From a virus (taxonomy: Duplodnaviria > Caudoviricetes): a DNA stretch of 44,728 nt. Location: IMG/VR virus record IMGVR_UViG_3300049141_000061, positions 1-44,728 of that record; one strand, given 5' to 3'. The position numbers and the translations under genes are program-made. This document shows positions 32,775 to 42,823 of this stretch, piece by piece; positions within the stretch are counted from its first letter, which is position 1; every line of letters starts with the position of its first letter. The notes beneath the pieces are model-generated. The model searched no databases. It worked only from the letters and a program-made list of their open reading frames with translations, and was not told where the DNA came from.

Positions 32775-33556
32775 GCGCGCCGCTGGTGGTGAACACCAGG
32801 GACGGCATGTGCTGGACGCGTCGCACGGTGACGTCGTCGGGGATCGCTCTGTATGCGCCGGAGGGTGTGTGCGGGTGCCCTGAGGTTGTGATGGCGACGC
32901 TGCCGGAGCTGGCGGAGCACGGGATTGTCGGGTCGGCGGATGTGCTGCCGGTGGCGGTGGGCCCGGCGCCGCAGGAGCAGGGCCACGGAGCGCGCGCCAA
33001 GGTCGCCGAGCTGATCGGCGACGCGAAGTCCGCGACCGACCGACTCGTGGAGCAGCTCGCCGAGTCCGTGCGGGACCGGCGCGAGCACGAGCACCCGACG
33101 TGGGAGGACCTGTTCTGCCTCAACCTCGTCTCCTGGGCGGGTGAGCGGATGGGCCCGGTGCTGCGCCGCCTGCTGGACGCCGAGGCTCGGGTCGCCGAGC
33201 TGGAGGCCGCGCCGCCCTCCAGGTTCACGGCCACGCCCGCCGAGGTAGACGCCTACCTCCGCACCGTCCTCGCCGAGGACACCTACCTGCGCTTCCAGCA
33301 GGAGATCGGCGCTCAGGCGCTCCACGAGGTCGTAGAGGACGCGCAGAAGGTGCGCGCGTCGGCGGACAACGACGGTCTGTACAACGCGGACTGGCGGGAG
33401 GGCTGGGACGACGCGATTGAGCGGGTGGACCCGGACTCGTGCGGTCCGAGCCCGTCGACGCTGGTCGAGTTCGCCAACGCGGACGGGATCACGCGGCGGA
33501 TCGCGCCGACGCAGGCCCTCCGCGAGGACGAGCCCACCCAGGCAGGTGGCGCCTGA
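32771..33556 (+). CDS. Hypothetical phage protein
   Basis: GTGA-coupled ORF in early operon. Confidence 0.7.
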   Translation: MSAPLVVNTRDGMCWTRRTVTSSGIALYAPEGVCGCPEVVMATLPELAEHGIVGSADVLPVAVGPAPQEQGHGARAKVAELIGDAKSATDRLVEQLAESVRDRREHEHPTWEDLFCLNLVSWAGERMGPVLRRLLDAEARVAELEAAPPSRFTATPAEVDAYLRTVLAEDTYLRFQQEIGAQALHEVVEDAQKVRASADNDGLYNADWREGWDDAIERVDPDSCGPSPSTLVEFANADGITRRIAPTQALREDEPTQAGGA

Positions 33557-33837
33557 TGTTGGTCGCCTTCCAAGACCTCACCGTCCCCGCCGCGTTCTGC
33601 TTCGCCACCGGCATGTACGCCACTGGGTCGATCCCGGTGCTGCTGGTCGGCACCCGCCCGCCGGAGTTGGTACGCCGCGCCGCCACGGCCGTCCACCAGG
33701 CCGCCGTGCACGCGGGCCACGACCTCAACCGCGCCACCGCCCGCGTGCAGCACGCCGCCGGGCGGGCTGCCCGCGAAGCCGGGCTGACGGTGGCCGCGCT
33801 CCTCATCCTCACCATCCCGACGGGGGACCCGCGATGA
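33556..33837 (+). CDS. Hypothetical protein
   Basis: TGATG-coupled ORF. Confidence 0.6.
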   Translation: MLVAFQDLTVPAAFCFATGMYATGSIPVLLVGTRPPELVRRAATAVHQAAVHAGHDLNRATARVQHAAGRAAREAGLTVAALLILTIPTGDPR

Positions 33838-34151
33838 AGTACGAAAACAACGCCCTCTACCTCGACACCCACGGCGACATCTGGCGCGCCACCAACGACG
33901 CCACGGAGCTGACCCACGTCAAGCGCCGCGACGACATGGCCGCCCCGGGCCCGGCGATGAACCCGTGGACCGAGAGCGCCGAGAAGATCGAGGCCGGATT
34001 CGGCCCGATGCAGTTCCTCGTCGAGGCGCTGGAGCCCGCGCAGGAGGCCTTGTTCCTGTTCGCTCTGGCGGGCAAGGACGCGACGGACGTGGACGTGGTG
34101 CACCGGGCGCTCGGGCTGCTCGACGCGGTGCGGACGGAGGCGGCCCGATGA
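33834..34151 (+). CDS. Hypothetical protein
   Basis: ATGA-coupled; MKYENNALYLDTHGDIW. Confidence 0.7.
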   Translation: MKYENNALYLDTHGDIWRATNDATELTHVKRRDDMAAPGPAMNPWTESAEKIEAGFGPMQFLVEALEPAQEALFLFALAGKDATDVDVVHRALGLLDAVRTEAAR

Positions 34152-34543
34152 ACCGCATCCGCCTGATCCTGCACCGCCTGTTCCGCCGCCCGACCGTCAC
34201 CGGCCCGTACCGCCTGTACGTCCGCCGCACCCCGGCCGGCGCGATGCTCGACGTCGAGGACTACCTCATCGCCGTGATCGAGACCCTGACCGACAACCCG
34301 GACCTCCTCGACCTCCTCTTGGAGGTCGCCGAGGACCGCGGGCAGGCCCGCGCCCACAAGCACGACGGGTGGGAGCCGGAGCAGCTGCTCGTCGAGAAGC
34401 TGACGACCGCGCTCGGGTACGAGCTGCCGCTGAACGGGCCCGCGCTGACACGGCTCGCGGATCGGCTTCGTCAGGCGGAGGTGCTGTCCGCTCCGGTCGT
34501 GTCGGTCCCGGCGCAGCGCCGCGAAGGTGGTGCCGCCGCATGA
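34148..34543 (+). CDS. Hypothetical protein
   Basis: GGAGG RBS; ATGA-coupled. Confidence 0.7.
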   Translation: MNRIRLILHRLFRRPTVTGPYRLYVRRTPAGAMLDVEDYLIAVIETLTDNPDLLDLLLEVAEDRGQARAHKHDGWEPEQLLVEKLTTALGYELPLNGPALTRLADRLRQAEVLSAPVVSVPAQRREGGAAA

Positions 34544-35046
34544 GCGCCCCTGTCACCTACGCAGGCCACACATGGCCGTCCGCCTACGACTGGTGCCTGT
34601 CGATCATGCAGCACAACGCGGCACCCGGTCCGGCACAGAACGGGCAGCGCGCAGCGCTCGGCGCCTACCGCGCCGAGGTGCTCGCCGCCGACGGGCAGGC
34701 GTACAACGGCGAACTGTCCATGCTCCGCGGCCTGGTCGCCACGCTCCGCGCCGTCGCCAAGCACGGCGACCTCGGCGACGTTCAGAAGCTTCTCGCCGAG
34801 CACGAGCGCGATGAACAGGACGCGTACGCCGAGGCGGAGAAGAACGGCCGCGCGACAGCTGGCACGACTCCCGACACCCTGGCGTCCTGGCTGTACCAGC
34901 GGTTCATGTCGCACGGCGTGGGCTGGGACAACCTCAGCGATGACGACCGGCAGTACTGGGAGCACCAGGCCAGCGCGGTCCGCCGGGCTGTGGCCCGGGG
35001 CGGCTTCAAGACGGTCGCTACCGAAGCGGGTGAGGGCCGTGGCTGA
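34540..35046 (+). CDS. Hypothetical protein
   Basis: ATGA-coupled ORF. Confidence 0.7.
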   Translation: MSAPVTYAGHTWPSAYDWCLSIMQHNAAPGPAQNGQRAALGAYRAEVLAADGQAYNGELSMLRGLVATLRAVAKHGDLGDVQKLLAEHERDEQDAYAEAEKNGRATAGTTPDTLASWLYQRFMSHGVGWDNLSDDDRQYWEHQASAVRRAVARGGFKTVATEAGEGRG

Positions 35047-35272
35047 ACTCTCCCGCCGCGCCTACCTCCTCGCCGCCATAAGGCAGCACGGCCGCCCCGT
35101 CACCACCCAGCTCGCCGAGCAGCTCATGACCGACTCGCCGTGGCCGACGGCTGGCCGGAACACCGCCCGCAAGGACCTTCGCGGCCTGGCCCGCAGCGGC
35201 CACCTCACCGCGGCCGACATCAACGGCCGCCGCACCTACAACCCCACCAGCACGAAGGGCGGCACCGCCTGA
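35039..35272 (+). CDS. Small winged-helix-like protein
   Basis: RNTARKDLRGLARSGHL. Confidence 0.6.
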   Translation: MAELSRRAYLLAAIRQHGRPVTTQLAEQLMTDSPWPTAGRNTARKDLRGLARSGHLTAADINGRRTYNPTSTKGGTA

Positions 35273-36213
35273 TGACGACCACCGCGCGCGCCGGGGCCAG
35301 CACGGCCCCGGCCGCCGGCCGCCGCTCCCGCACCAAGCAGGAGCCGACCGGCACCGACCGCATCCCCAAGCCCTCCCAGGGCTGGTACCGCGTCAAGGGC
35401 ACCAACCTCAAGCTCCGCCGCGTCACCACCATCCTCGAGCAAGGCTGCTCCAAGGGCGACGCCCTCACCTTCTGGGCCGGGAACATCACCGCCGAGACGG
35501 CGATGAACAACCTCCCGTACCTCGTCAGCAGCAGCCTCCACCCCGAACGCCGCACCGAGGCGTACGACTGGCTCCGACGCGCCCACACCCGCAAGAAGGA
35601 CGAGCGCGCCGACATCGGCACTGCCGTCCACCGGCTCGTCGAAGCCCACGTGCTCGGCACGCCGATGCCGGAAGAGCTGCTCACCGACGACGAACTGGCC
35701 CCGTTCCTCGACCACTTCCTCCGCTTCGTCGAGGAGTGGCAAGTCACCTTCGAGGCCTCCGAGATGGTCGTGGGCAACGAGGAGGAGGGCTACGCCGGCA
35801 CCCTCGACTACCTGCTCCGCTCCCCTCTGATCGCCGCCGCGCTCGCCGCGTACTTCGACTGCGAAGTCCCCAGCGACACCGTGTTCTGCGGCGACACCAA
35901 GACCGGCGGAGAACTCGACGTCAAGGGCGTCTACCCCGAGGCCTCGTTGCAGATGGCCGCGTACCGCAAGGCCCGGGTGGCGTGGCTGCGGGACGGCACG
36001 AAGGTCCCGATGCCGCGCACGTTCTGGGCTGGCGTGGTCCTGCACCTGCGGCCCGAGGGCTATCGGCTGATCCCGGCCGTCGCCGACGACGCCGTGTTCG
36101 ACGCCTTCCTCACCGTCAAGCGCAACGCCGAGTGGACGTCCGGACTGTCCAAGCAGGTCATCCGCCCCGCCCTCACCCTCCCCACCACGAACAGCGAAGA
36201 GAGGGCTGCCTGA
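35272..36213 (+). CDS. PD-(D/E)XK exonuclease (RecE/Cas4-like)
   Basis: VTTIL, GTAVH, YAGTLD, DTKTG and QMAAY motifs. Confidence 0.85.
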   Translation: MTTTARAGASTAPAAGRRSRTKQEPTGTDRIPKPSQGWYRVKGTNLKLRRVTTILEQGCSKGDALTFWAGNITAETAMNNLPYLVSSSLHPERRTEAYDWLRRAHTRKKDERADIGTAVHRLVEAHVLGTPMPEELLTDDELAPFLDHFLRFVEEWQVTFEASEMVVGNEEEGYAGTLDYLLRSPLIAAALAAYFDCEVPSDTVFCGDTKTGGELDVKGVYPEASLQMAAYRKARVAWLRDGTKVPMPRTFWAGVVLHLRPEGYRLIPAVADDAVFDAFLTVKRNAEWTSGLSKQVIRPALTLPTTNSEERAA

Positions 36214-37391
36214 TGCCCATCATCGACCTCCAGCGCCGCATGCGGCAGCTCGGCGAGATCCGCCTCGGCCACGTCGTCCCGACCTCCAACGGCAAGACCC
36301 GCCCGGCCAAGCTCGACAAGTTCCGCTTCACCAGCCCCTCCCGCGACATCCTCACCGCCGTCGCCGAGCTGTACGGCGGAGAGGTCAAGCCCTGGACCCC
36401 GGCCAACGGCGGCCCCGCCGAGTTCGAGGTCTACTCCCAGGCCAACCGGCTCCCCGTGCTGATCCCGCCGAAGGACGCGGTGTCGCAGTGGTACGAGCTG
36501 TACGCCGGATCGAAGTGCGTCCGCCGCTGCGACGGCCAGACCGAGCACAAGTCCGACCGGCCCTGCATGTGCGACCCCGACGACCGCGAGTGCGCCATGA
36601 CCACCCGCGTCAACGTGATGCTTCGCGACGTCCCGGCGCTGGGCCAGTGGCTCCTCATCTCCAAGGGTTACTACGCCGCCGTCACGCTGCCCCCGGCGGC
36701 CGAGCTGCTGTCGCAGGCCGGCGGGTACGTCGCCGGGTGGCTCGGGATGGAAGAGAAGACGGCCATCGTCAAGGACAAGCTGGCCCGCTTCAAGGTGCCG
36801 ACGCTGGACGTGGAGATCACCCCGGCCGCGCTGATGGCCGGGCAGATCACCGGTGGCGCGCGGCAGGCGGTCGCGTCCGGTCCGGAGCGCGTGGCGATCA
36901 CTTCCGGGCGGCCGGACTACGCCGCGCTCGCCGCCGAGGCGAAGACCCCGGCCGACGTGCGCGCACTGTACGAGCAGGCCGTCGAGCGCGGGGAGATGGA
37001 CAAGAACCTCGCGGACACGCTGACCGCCCGTGCGGCGGCGCTCGGCGCCGAGGTGAAGAAGCCGGACGAGAAGCGGTCGGACGGCGAGGGCCCGCACTCG
37101 GACGACACGCAACGCATCCTCAACCCGGCCGACTACGGCGACGCCACGCAGGAGCAGCTCGACGAGTTCAACCGTCGCGACGACGAGGTGGTCGACGCCG
37201 AGATCGTCGACCCCGCGGCCGCGCAGGACGTGTGGTTCCAGATCATCGCCGCCGCCGGGCCCCTCGGCTGGACCACGGACAAGGTCGAGACCGCGTTCGC
37301 CGAACGGCACGGTGGCCTGCACCCCTCGTCAGCGACCGTCGGCCAGCTGGAGACGTTCCTCGCCGCGCTGAAGGCGGGTGAGGTCGCATGA
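36213..37391 (+). CDS. phiC31 gp3-like (RDF-like) protein; candidate strand-annealing partner
   Basis: MPIIDLQRRMRQLGEIRLG...LDKFRFTS...CVRRCDG...CMC...C; follows exonuclease. Confidence 0.7.
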   Translation: MPIIDLQRRMRQLGEIRLGHVVPTSNGKTRPAKLDKFRFTSPSRDILTAVAELYGGEVKPWTPANGGPAEFEVYSQANRLPVLIPPKDAVSQWYELYAGSKCVRRCDGQTEHKSDRPCMCDPDDRECAMTTRVNVMLRDVPALGQWLLISKGYYAAVTLPPAAELLSQAGGYVAGWLGMEEKTAIVKDKLARFKVPTLDVEITPAALMAGQITGGARQAVASGPERVAITSGRPDYAALAAEAKTPADVRALYEQAVERGEMDKNLADTLTARAAALGAEVKKPDEKRSDGEGPHSDDTQRILNPADYGDATQEQLDEFNRRDDEVVDAEIVDPAAAQDVWFQIIAAAGPLGWTTDKVETAFAERHGGLHPSSATVGQLETFLAALKAGEVA

Positions 37392-38119
37392 CCGCCTGGT
37401 TCGAGGGCCGCCTGTGCGGCTTTGATCTGGAGACCACCGGCGTCGACGTCGAACAGGACCGCATCGTCACCGCCTGCCTCGTCCAATGCGGCGGCGGGAA
37501 CCCCACCCAGTCCTTCAGCTGGCTCGCTGACCCAGGAGTTGAGATCCCTGAGGGAGCCGCGAAGGTCCACGGGATCACCACCGAACGGGCACGCGCTGAG
37601 GGGCGGCCGGCGGCCGAGGTCGTCGAGCAGGTCGTGGCCGGGCTCGCCGAGTCGGTCCTCGCCGGGCTCCCGGTCGTGGCGATGAACGCCTCGTTCGACC
37701 TGACGATGCTCGACAGGGAGGCTCGCCGCCACAACGTGCAGCCCCTCACCGACATCGTCGGCGACGATCTTCGCGTCATCGACCCCCGCGTCCTCGACAA
37801 GCAGGTCAGCCGCCGCAAGGGCAAGCGCACGCTGTCGGACCTGTGCCAGCACTACGAGGTACGGCTCGACGGCGCGCACTCCGCCGACGCCGACGCGATC
37901 GCCGCATGCCGCGTCTCCTGGCGGCTCGGCACGACGGTGCCCCAGCTCGGCGCGATGAGCATCGACGACCTGCACCAGGCGCAGATCAAGTGGGCCGAGG
38001 CGCAGGGCCGTTCGTTGGCCGCGTACTTCCGGCGCACCCCCGGCAAGGAGCACCAGGCCGACGGCGTTCGCACCGAGTGGCCGCTGATCCCGCACCAGCG
38101 CGGGGGTGAGACCTCATGA
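37388..38119 (+). CDS. DnaQ-like DEDDh 3'-5' exonuclease
   Basis: FDLETTG, NASFD, AHSADADA. Confidence 0.92.
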   Translation: MTAWFEGRLCGFDLETTGVDVEQDRIVTACLVQCGGGNPTQSFSWLADPGVEIPEGAAKVHGITTERARAEGRPAAEVVEQVVAGLAESVLAGLPVVAMNASFDLTMLDREARRHNVQPLTDIVGDDLRVIDPRVLDKQVSRRKGKRTLSDLCQHYEVRLDGAHSADADAIAACRVSWRLGTTVPQLGAMSIDDLHQAQIKWAEAQGRSLAAYFRRTPGKEHQADGVRTEWPLIPHQRGGETS

Positions 38120-38577
38120 AGTGGCCGTTCGTTCTGCGCACCGCCCACGACGCTGAGGTGGCCGCACTCAAGGCGGAGATCGACCGGCAGCGCGCCTGCC
38201 GCGACCATCTGGCCGAAGAACGGGACTCATACCGGGCCTCGGCCAGGACCACCGCCCGCCAATTCGCCCAGGCCGACGCCGACAACCGGCGCCTCGAAGG
38301 CGAAGTGACCGAACTCGGCAAGCGTCTCAAGCAGCTCGCCGACCAGCAGCCCGCCCCCCTCAGCGACGACGACCGCCGCGCCGTCGAGAACTGGGAGGCC
38401 CGCGCCAAGACGCACGACGCGTGGACGGCCCCCGCCGACCTGGAGAAGCGGCCCGTCGACGGCGCGTCCGGGCGGCCCCAGCACCCGGCGGTGGAGCTGC
38501 GCCGGGCCCTGGACCGGTGCCGCGCGCTGGAAGCGCGGCTCACGACAGCGGAGGGCCGGCGGGGGGTGAGGACGTGA
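38116..38577 (+). CDS. Coiled-coil hypothetical protein
   Basis: ATGA-coupled ORF. Confidence 0.7.
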   Translation: MKWPFVLRTAHDAEVAALKAEIDRQRACRDHLAEERDSYRASARTTARQFAQADADNRRLEGEVTELGKRLKQLADQQPAPLSDDDRRAVENWEARAKTHDAWTAPADLEKRPVDGASGRPQHPAVELRRALDRCRALEARLTTAEGRRGVRT

Positions 38578-38843
38578 CCTTCATCGCCGCCGCGGCGCTC
38601 GCTGCGATGACCGTGATGGTCGGGCTCACGCTCATTGCCCGCGCGTTGCCCGCCCGCAGTCATGGCCTTCACCGGGCCCCGCGCCAGTTGCTCCGGCCGA
38701 TCGAGGCCCTCGACCAGTTCGAAGCCCGCTGCCCGATCGAGCGGCGCCGCACGCTGCACGTCCGCTTCGCGTTGGGCGGCGTGCAGTGCCTGGACTGCCG
38801 CCGCGACTTCACCAACACCGAGCACCGTCAGGGGGACCAGTGA
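38574..38843 (+). CDS. Small protein with N-terminal TM and C/H zinc-like motif
   Basis: GTGA-coupled; CP...H...CLDC. Confidence 0.6.
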   Translation: MTFIAAAALAAMTVMVGLTLIARALPARSHGLHRAPRQLLRPIEALDQFEARCPIERRRTLHVRFALGGVQCLDCRRDFTNTEHRQGDQ

Positions 38844-39493
38844 GCACGCCCACCCTCTTCGAAACCGAGGCACCGGCCGCCGTCCTGGCGGCCGGGCCCC
38901 GGCCCCTCGACACCCCCACCGTCTACGGCCTCGACCTCTCCCTCACCTGCACCGGCATCAGCACCGGCACCACTGCCGAAGCCCTCATCCCCGGCGACCG
39001 CGACGGACACGACCGGCTGGAGTTCCACCGCCGCGCGATCCGCGAGCAGATCCCTGAGGAGACCAGCCTCGTCGTCATCGAGGGCCCCGCCATGTCCCTC
39101 TCCTACCGGCCCGGCGTCGAGGAGATGACCTACCTGCGCGGCCTGGTCAAGCACGACCTGTGGCGGCGCCGTATCCCGTACGCCGTCTGCCCGCCGCAGC
39201 ACCGCATCATCTACGCCTGCGGCGTCGCCAACCCGGCGAAGGACTACCCGAAGTCACAGCGCCACCGCGTGTGCAAGGGCATGGTCCGCGACGCCGTCAT
39301 CGCGCGGTACGGCGTGCCGTGCGAGGGCCGCGGTCGCTACGACCAGGCCGACGCGACCGTGCTCGCCGCGATGGGCCTGCACTGGCTCGGCTACCCGCTG
39401 GCCGTCCTGCCGGACACGCACCGCAGGGCGCTGGACGGCGTGACGTGGCCGCTGCAGGCCATCCCCGCGCACGGTGGATCGGGGGCCGAGTGA
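38840..39493 (+). CDS. RuvC-like Holliday junction resolvase
   Basis: GLDLSLTCTG, VVIEG, DQADA. Confidence 0.85.
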   Translation: MSTPTLFETEAPAAVLAAGPRPLDTPTVYGLDLSLTCTGISTGTTAEALIPGDRDGHDRLEFHRRAIREQIPEETSLVVIEGPAMSLSYRPGVEEMTYLRGLVKHDLWRRRIPYAVCPPQHRIIYACGVANPAKDYPKSQRHRVCKGMVRDAVIARYGVPCEGRGRYDQADATVLAAMGLHWLGYPLAVLPDTHRRALDGVTWPLQAIPAHGGSGAE

Positions 39494-41283
39494 TGGCCCG
39501 TCCGTCCAAGAAGCTGCCCCGCACGGCCACGCACCGGCCGGCCACCAGACGGCGCCGGTTCCGCCACGACGACCTCACCGCCGTCGATCTCTTCAGCGGC
39601 TTCGGCGGCCTCACCAAGGGCATCGGGGACGCCGGGTTCACCACGATCATGGCCGCGAACCACAACGAGTACAAGGTTCGCGTCCACGAGCGGAATCACC
39701 CCGACGCTGAGCACTGGATCGCCGACCTGGTCGACCCTGACGCCGCCGACTACCACTCGGCCCGCGACCTCCCCCCGGCTGACCTCTTGGCCGCCGGAGT
39801 GAGCTGTGTCAACCACTCGCTCGCCAACACGATCCGGGCGTACGAGCAGGGCCTCAGCCTGTTCGAGCTGGAGGACCCCGACTACGAGGCGCGCGTCACC
39901 AGGTCCGAGCGGGACCGGGCGACCGCGAACTGCGTCCTGCAGTACGCCGCCAAGCACCACCCGCGGCTCATCCTCGTCGAGTGCACCACCCAGCTCACCT
40001 CGTGGGGGCCCGCGCTGCCCGGCCGGAAGAAGGTCGGCGACGGAAGCACCTATCGGTACTGGCTCAAGCAGTTCGACCTGCTGGGCTACCACCACCGGGT
40101 GCTGTACCTCAACAGCCAGTTCTTCGGGGTGCCGCAGTCCCGTGACCGCGGCTACTGGGTCTTCTGGGACAAGTCCCTGCCCGCGCCCGACCTGGAGCAC
40201 CGGCCGGTGTCGCACTGCGGACGCTGCGACAAGCACGTCGAGGCGGTGTGGACGTGGAAGACCGGCATCCCGGAATCCGGCACGGTGATGTACGGCAAGC
40301 AGTACGAGTACCGCTGCCCCAGCTGCCGCCGCCCGGTCGTCCCGTCGATGACGCCGTCGCTGGCCGCCCTGGACCTGACCGATCTCGGCACGCGCATCGG
40401 CGACAAGCCGGTCAAGACGTTCAAGGACGGCTTCGTCGGCCCGCTCGCCCGGTCGACCATGGCCCGCGCCGAGCGCTGCCGGGCCCGGTTCGCCGACTTC
40501 CCCGCGGTCCTCATGCCGGCCAAGGGCGTGCACGGCTCCGAGAAGCACCCATGGCAGCCACTGGCGACGCAGACAAGCCAGCAGGAGACGTCGATCCTGT
40601 CCACCGGCGCCCTCATGGCGGCCGCAGGCAACACGTTCGAGCGGCCTGGGTCCAACTGCCGTAGCCGCGGCTTCGACCAGCCACTGTGGGCTCAGACAGC
40701 TACGAACACCACGGGGCTGATCACTCCGCCGATGGCGCTCGCGGTGGACAACTACCAGGGCGGGCCGCGCGGCGCGCACGAGCCGCTGCCAACCCAGGTC
40801 GGTTCGGAGACCCTCGCGGTTGTGTCATCCGGCGTGATCCCGTTCCGGAAGAACACCCTGCCGACCGGGCCCGGTGAAGCGATGCCGACGGTCACATCGG
40901 ACCAGATTCCCGGGGTCCTCACGGCCGCCGGCTGGTACAAGCAGAACGGTTCCACCGGGAATGAGACCGCGCCCCATCCGTTGACCGATCCGCTCGGCAC
41001 GATCACCGCCCACGACACCACGGCGCTGCTCACGGCGCAGTGGCGGGCATCGCTCGCCGAGCTGCCGCTGGAGGACTGCTACTTCCGCATGATGCGGGAG
41101 TACGAGATCGGTCGCGGCTGCGGCTTCGACGTCACCTTCAACGACTACCGCGGCACCTTCGAGGTCTGGGGCACGGCCCGGGCCCAGGTCGACGGGTTCG
41201 GTAACGCCGTCTCCCCGCAAGTCGGGACCTGGATCGGGGCCCGGCTGCGGGCCGTCCTCCACCGGGCGGAGGTGGCGGCATGA
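39493..41283 (+). CDS. C5 DNA cytosine methyltransferase (orphan)
   Basis: DLFSGFGG, SCVNHS, FGVPQSRDR, GNAV motifs. Confidence 0.9.
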   Translation: MARPSKKLPRTATHRPATRRRRFRHDDLTAVDLFSGFGGLTKGIGDAGFTTIMAANHNEYKVRVHERNHPDAEHWIADLVDPDAADYHSARDLPPADLLAAGVSCVNHSLANTIRAYEQGLSLFELEDPDYEARVTRSERDRATANCVLQYAAKHHPRLILVECTTQLTSWGPALPGRKKVGDGSTYRYWLKQFDLLGYHHRVLYLNSQFFGVPQSRDRGYWVFWDKSLPAPDLEHRPVSHCGRCDKHVEAVWTWKTGIPESGTVMYGKQYEYRCPSCRRPVVPSMTPSLAALDLTDLGTRIGDKPVKTFKDGFVGPLARSTMARAERCRARFADFPAVLMPAKGVHGSEKHPWQPLATQTSQQETSILSTGALMAAAGNTFERPGSNCRSRGFDQPLWAQTATNTTGLITPPMALAVDNYQGGPRGAHEPLPTQVGSETLAVVSSGVIPFRKNTLPTGPGEAMPTVTSDQIPGVLTAAGWYKQNGSTGNETAPHPLTDPLGTITAHDTTALLTAQWRASLAELPLEDCYFRMMREYEIGRGCGFDVTFNDYRGTFEVWGTARAQVDGFGNAVSPQVGTWIGARLRAVLHRAEVAA

Positions 41284-41549
41284 TCCCCAACCTCGACTGG
41301 CTCGACGCCGCCGCCTGCGCTGGCATGGACTCCCGCGCCTTCTTCGCCAACGGCTGCCACTCCCGCGCCCAAGTCCACGAAGCCCAGAAGGTCTGCGCCA
41401 CCTGCCCAGTCACCGCCCAATGCCGCGACTGGGCGATCCAGACCGGCGAACGCAACGGCGTCTGGGGCGGCATGAGCCAGAAGGAACTCCGCCAGAAGCG
41501 CCGCCGCTTCACCGACCGCTCGAAGAGCAGCACCCGGGCGGCGGCATGA
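41280..41549 (+). CDS. whiB: WhiB-family Fe-S transcription factor
   Basis: AAC...CATCPV...C and GVWGG. Confidence 0.93.
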   Translation: MIPNLDWLDAAACAGMDSRAFFANGCHSRAQVHEAQKVCATCPVTAQCRDWAIQTGERNGVWGGMSQKELRQKRRRFTDRSKSSTRAAA

Positions 41550-41842
41550 AGTGCGGCCACTGGATCGGCGCCGACCGCCGCCACTGTGCGACGACGAAGG
41601 ACGTACGCCCGTACCTCACCGGCCCGTGCTGCCCCGCCCACACCCCGAACGCACTCCGAGGACTGCCCGAGGTCCAGCCCGGGCCCGGCATGCCCGCCGG
41701 CGCATGGACCACCCCCTCACCGCTGTCCGACTCCCGTGTCCACGACGACCGGGCCGTCGCCTCCGGCAAGCGCCGGTCCAGCCCGACCACCTACCGCGCC
41801 GCCCAGGCCGCGGTCCACCACCAGAACGGAACCAGCGCATGA
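41546..41842 (+). CDS. Cys/His-rich hypothetical protein
   Basis: MKCGHWIG...C...CCPAHTP; ATGA-coupled. Confidence 0.7.
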   Translation: MKCGHWIGADRRHCATTKDVRPYLTGPCCPAHTPNALRGLPEVQPGPGMPAGAWTTPSPLSDSRVHDDRAVASGKRRSSPTTYRAAQAAVHHQNGTSA

Positions 41843-42321
41843 GCAAGCTGCCGTACACCGACGCCGACCTGCACGCCGAGGCCGCCCGTCAGCACGCCGC
41901 CTTGACCGACGACCCGGACTTCATGGGCGTCGGCGAGGGCATGGAGGACCGCTACGTCCAGTCGACCGTCATTGACGAGGACCCCGACTTCGAGCGGGAA
42001 GGCAGCACGTGGGGGGAGCTGCTGCCGTACAACCACGACGACGGCAACGCCTACAACCAGGCGCAGCGCGAGATCCACAAGCTGATCAGCCACGCGGCCG
42101 ACGTGTCCCAGTGGGCCGTCAACCTCGGCGCCGACGGGCTGGAGCCGGACGAGCACGAGCTGACGTGGAAAGCCGGAGAGCAGCCGATCGTGCGCGTGCA
42201 CTTCGCCTTCCACCCCGGGATGCGCCCTGAGTCGCGGGACTACCTCGTGACCGCCGTCGGTGAGGCCCTGCACGACCAGATGCAGCGCGCTGCCGAAGCG
42301 CCAGCCACCCCCGACTCCTGA
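41839..42321 (+). CDS. Hypothetical protein
   Basis: ATGA-coupled, acidic, 160 aa. Confidence 0.7.
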   Translation: MSKLPYTDADLHAEAARQHAALTDDPDFMGVGEGMEDRYVQSTVIDEDPDFEREGSTWGELLPYNHDDGNAYNQAQREIHKLISHAADVSQWAVNLGADGLEPDEHELTWKAGEQPIVRVHFAFHPGMRPESRDYLVTAVGEALHDQMQRAAEAPATPDS

Positions 42322-42371
42322 CCGCCTGACCGGCGGCCGACCTGACGGCGTCCCCCACGCCGCGGCCGCCA

Positions 42372-42410
42372 CCCGGGCCCGCCCGCTTCCCCCCTGAGGG
42401 CGGGCCCGGG
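42372..42410 (+). terminator. Intergenic stem-loop
   Basis: CCCGGGCCCGCCC / GGGCGGGCCCGGG. Confidence 0.55.
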
Positions 42411-42454
42411 ACCACACCGCAACACCCGGCAACACCCATCGAGAAAGGCACCCA

Positions 42455-42823
42455 ATGCCCGACGTGAAGTTCGACAGCAAGGTCCTCGAGGACGTCAAGG
42501 ACGCCCTCGCCGACCACGCCCTGGACATGTTCCGCCAGCGCAAGGGCCGCTGGATGGCCGTCGTGGAGCTCGCCCACGCCGAGCGCACCGAACCCGGCCC
42601 CGACGAGGACAAGTTCCCCTCCGTGAAGGTCCGCATCGTCGGCATCGAGATCGCCCCCGACGACTTCTCCGACGAACGGCTCCGCGAACTCCAGCGCGGC
42701 CTGTACCGCCTCCGCACCAAGGGCGGCACCCTCGACGCCGAACTCGACCCCGACGTCACCCGGGCGAACGACGTCCTCAAGCACGGCTCCGGGCTCCTCG
42801 TCGGCGCAAACAGCGAGGCGTGA
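42455..42823 (+). CDS. Hypothetical protein
   Basis: GAAAGG RBS, strong codon bias. Confidence 0.75.
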   Translation: MPDVKFDSKVLEDVKDALADHALDMFRQRKGRWMAVVELAHAERTEPGPDEDKFPSVKVRIVGIEIAPDDFSDERLRELQRGLYRLRTKGGTLDAELDPDVTRANDVLKHGSGLLVGANSEA

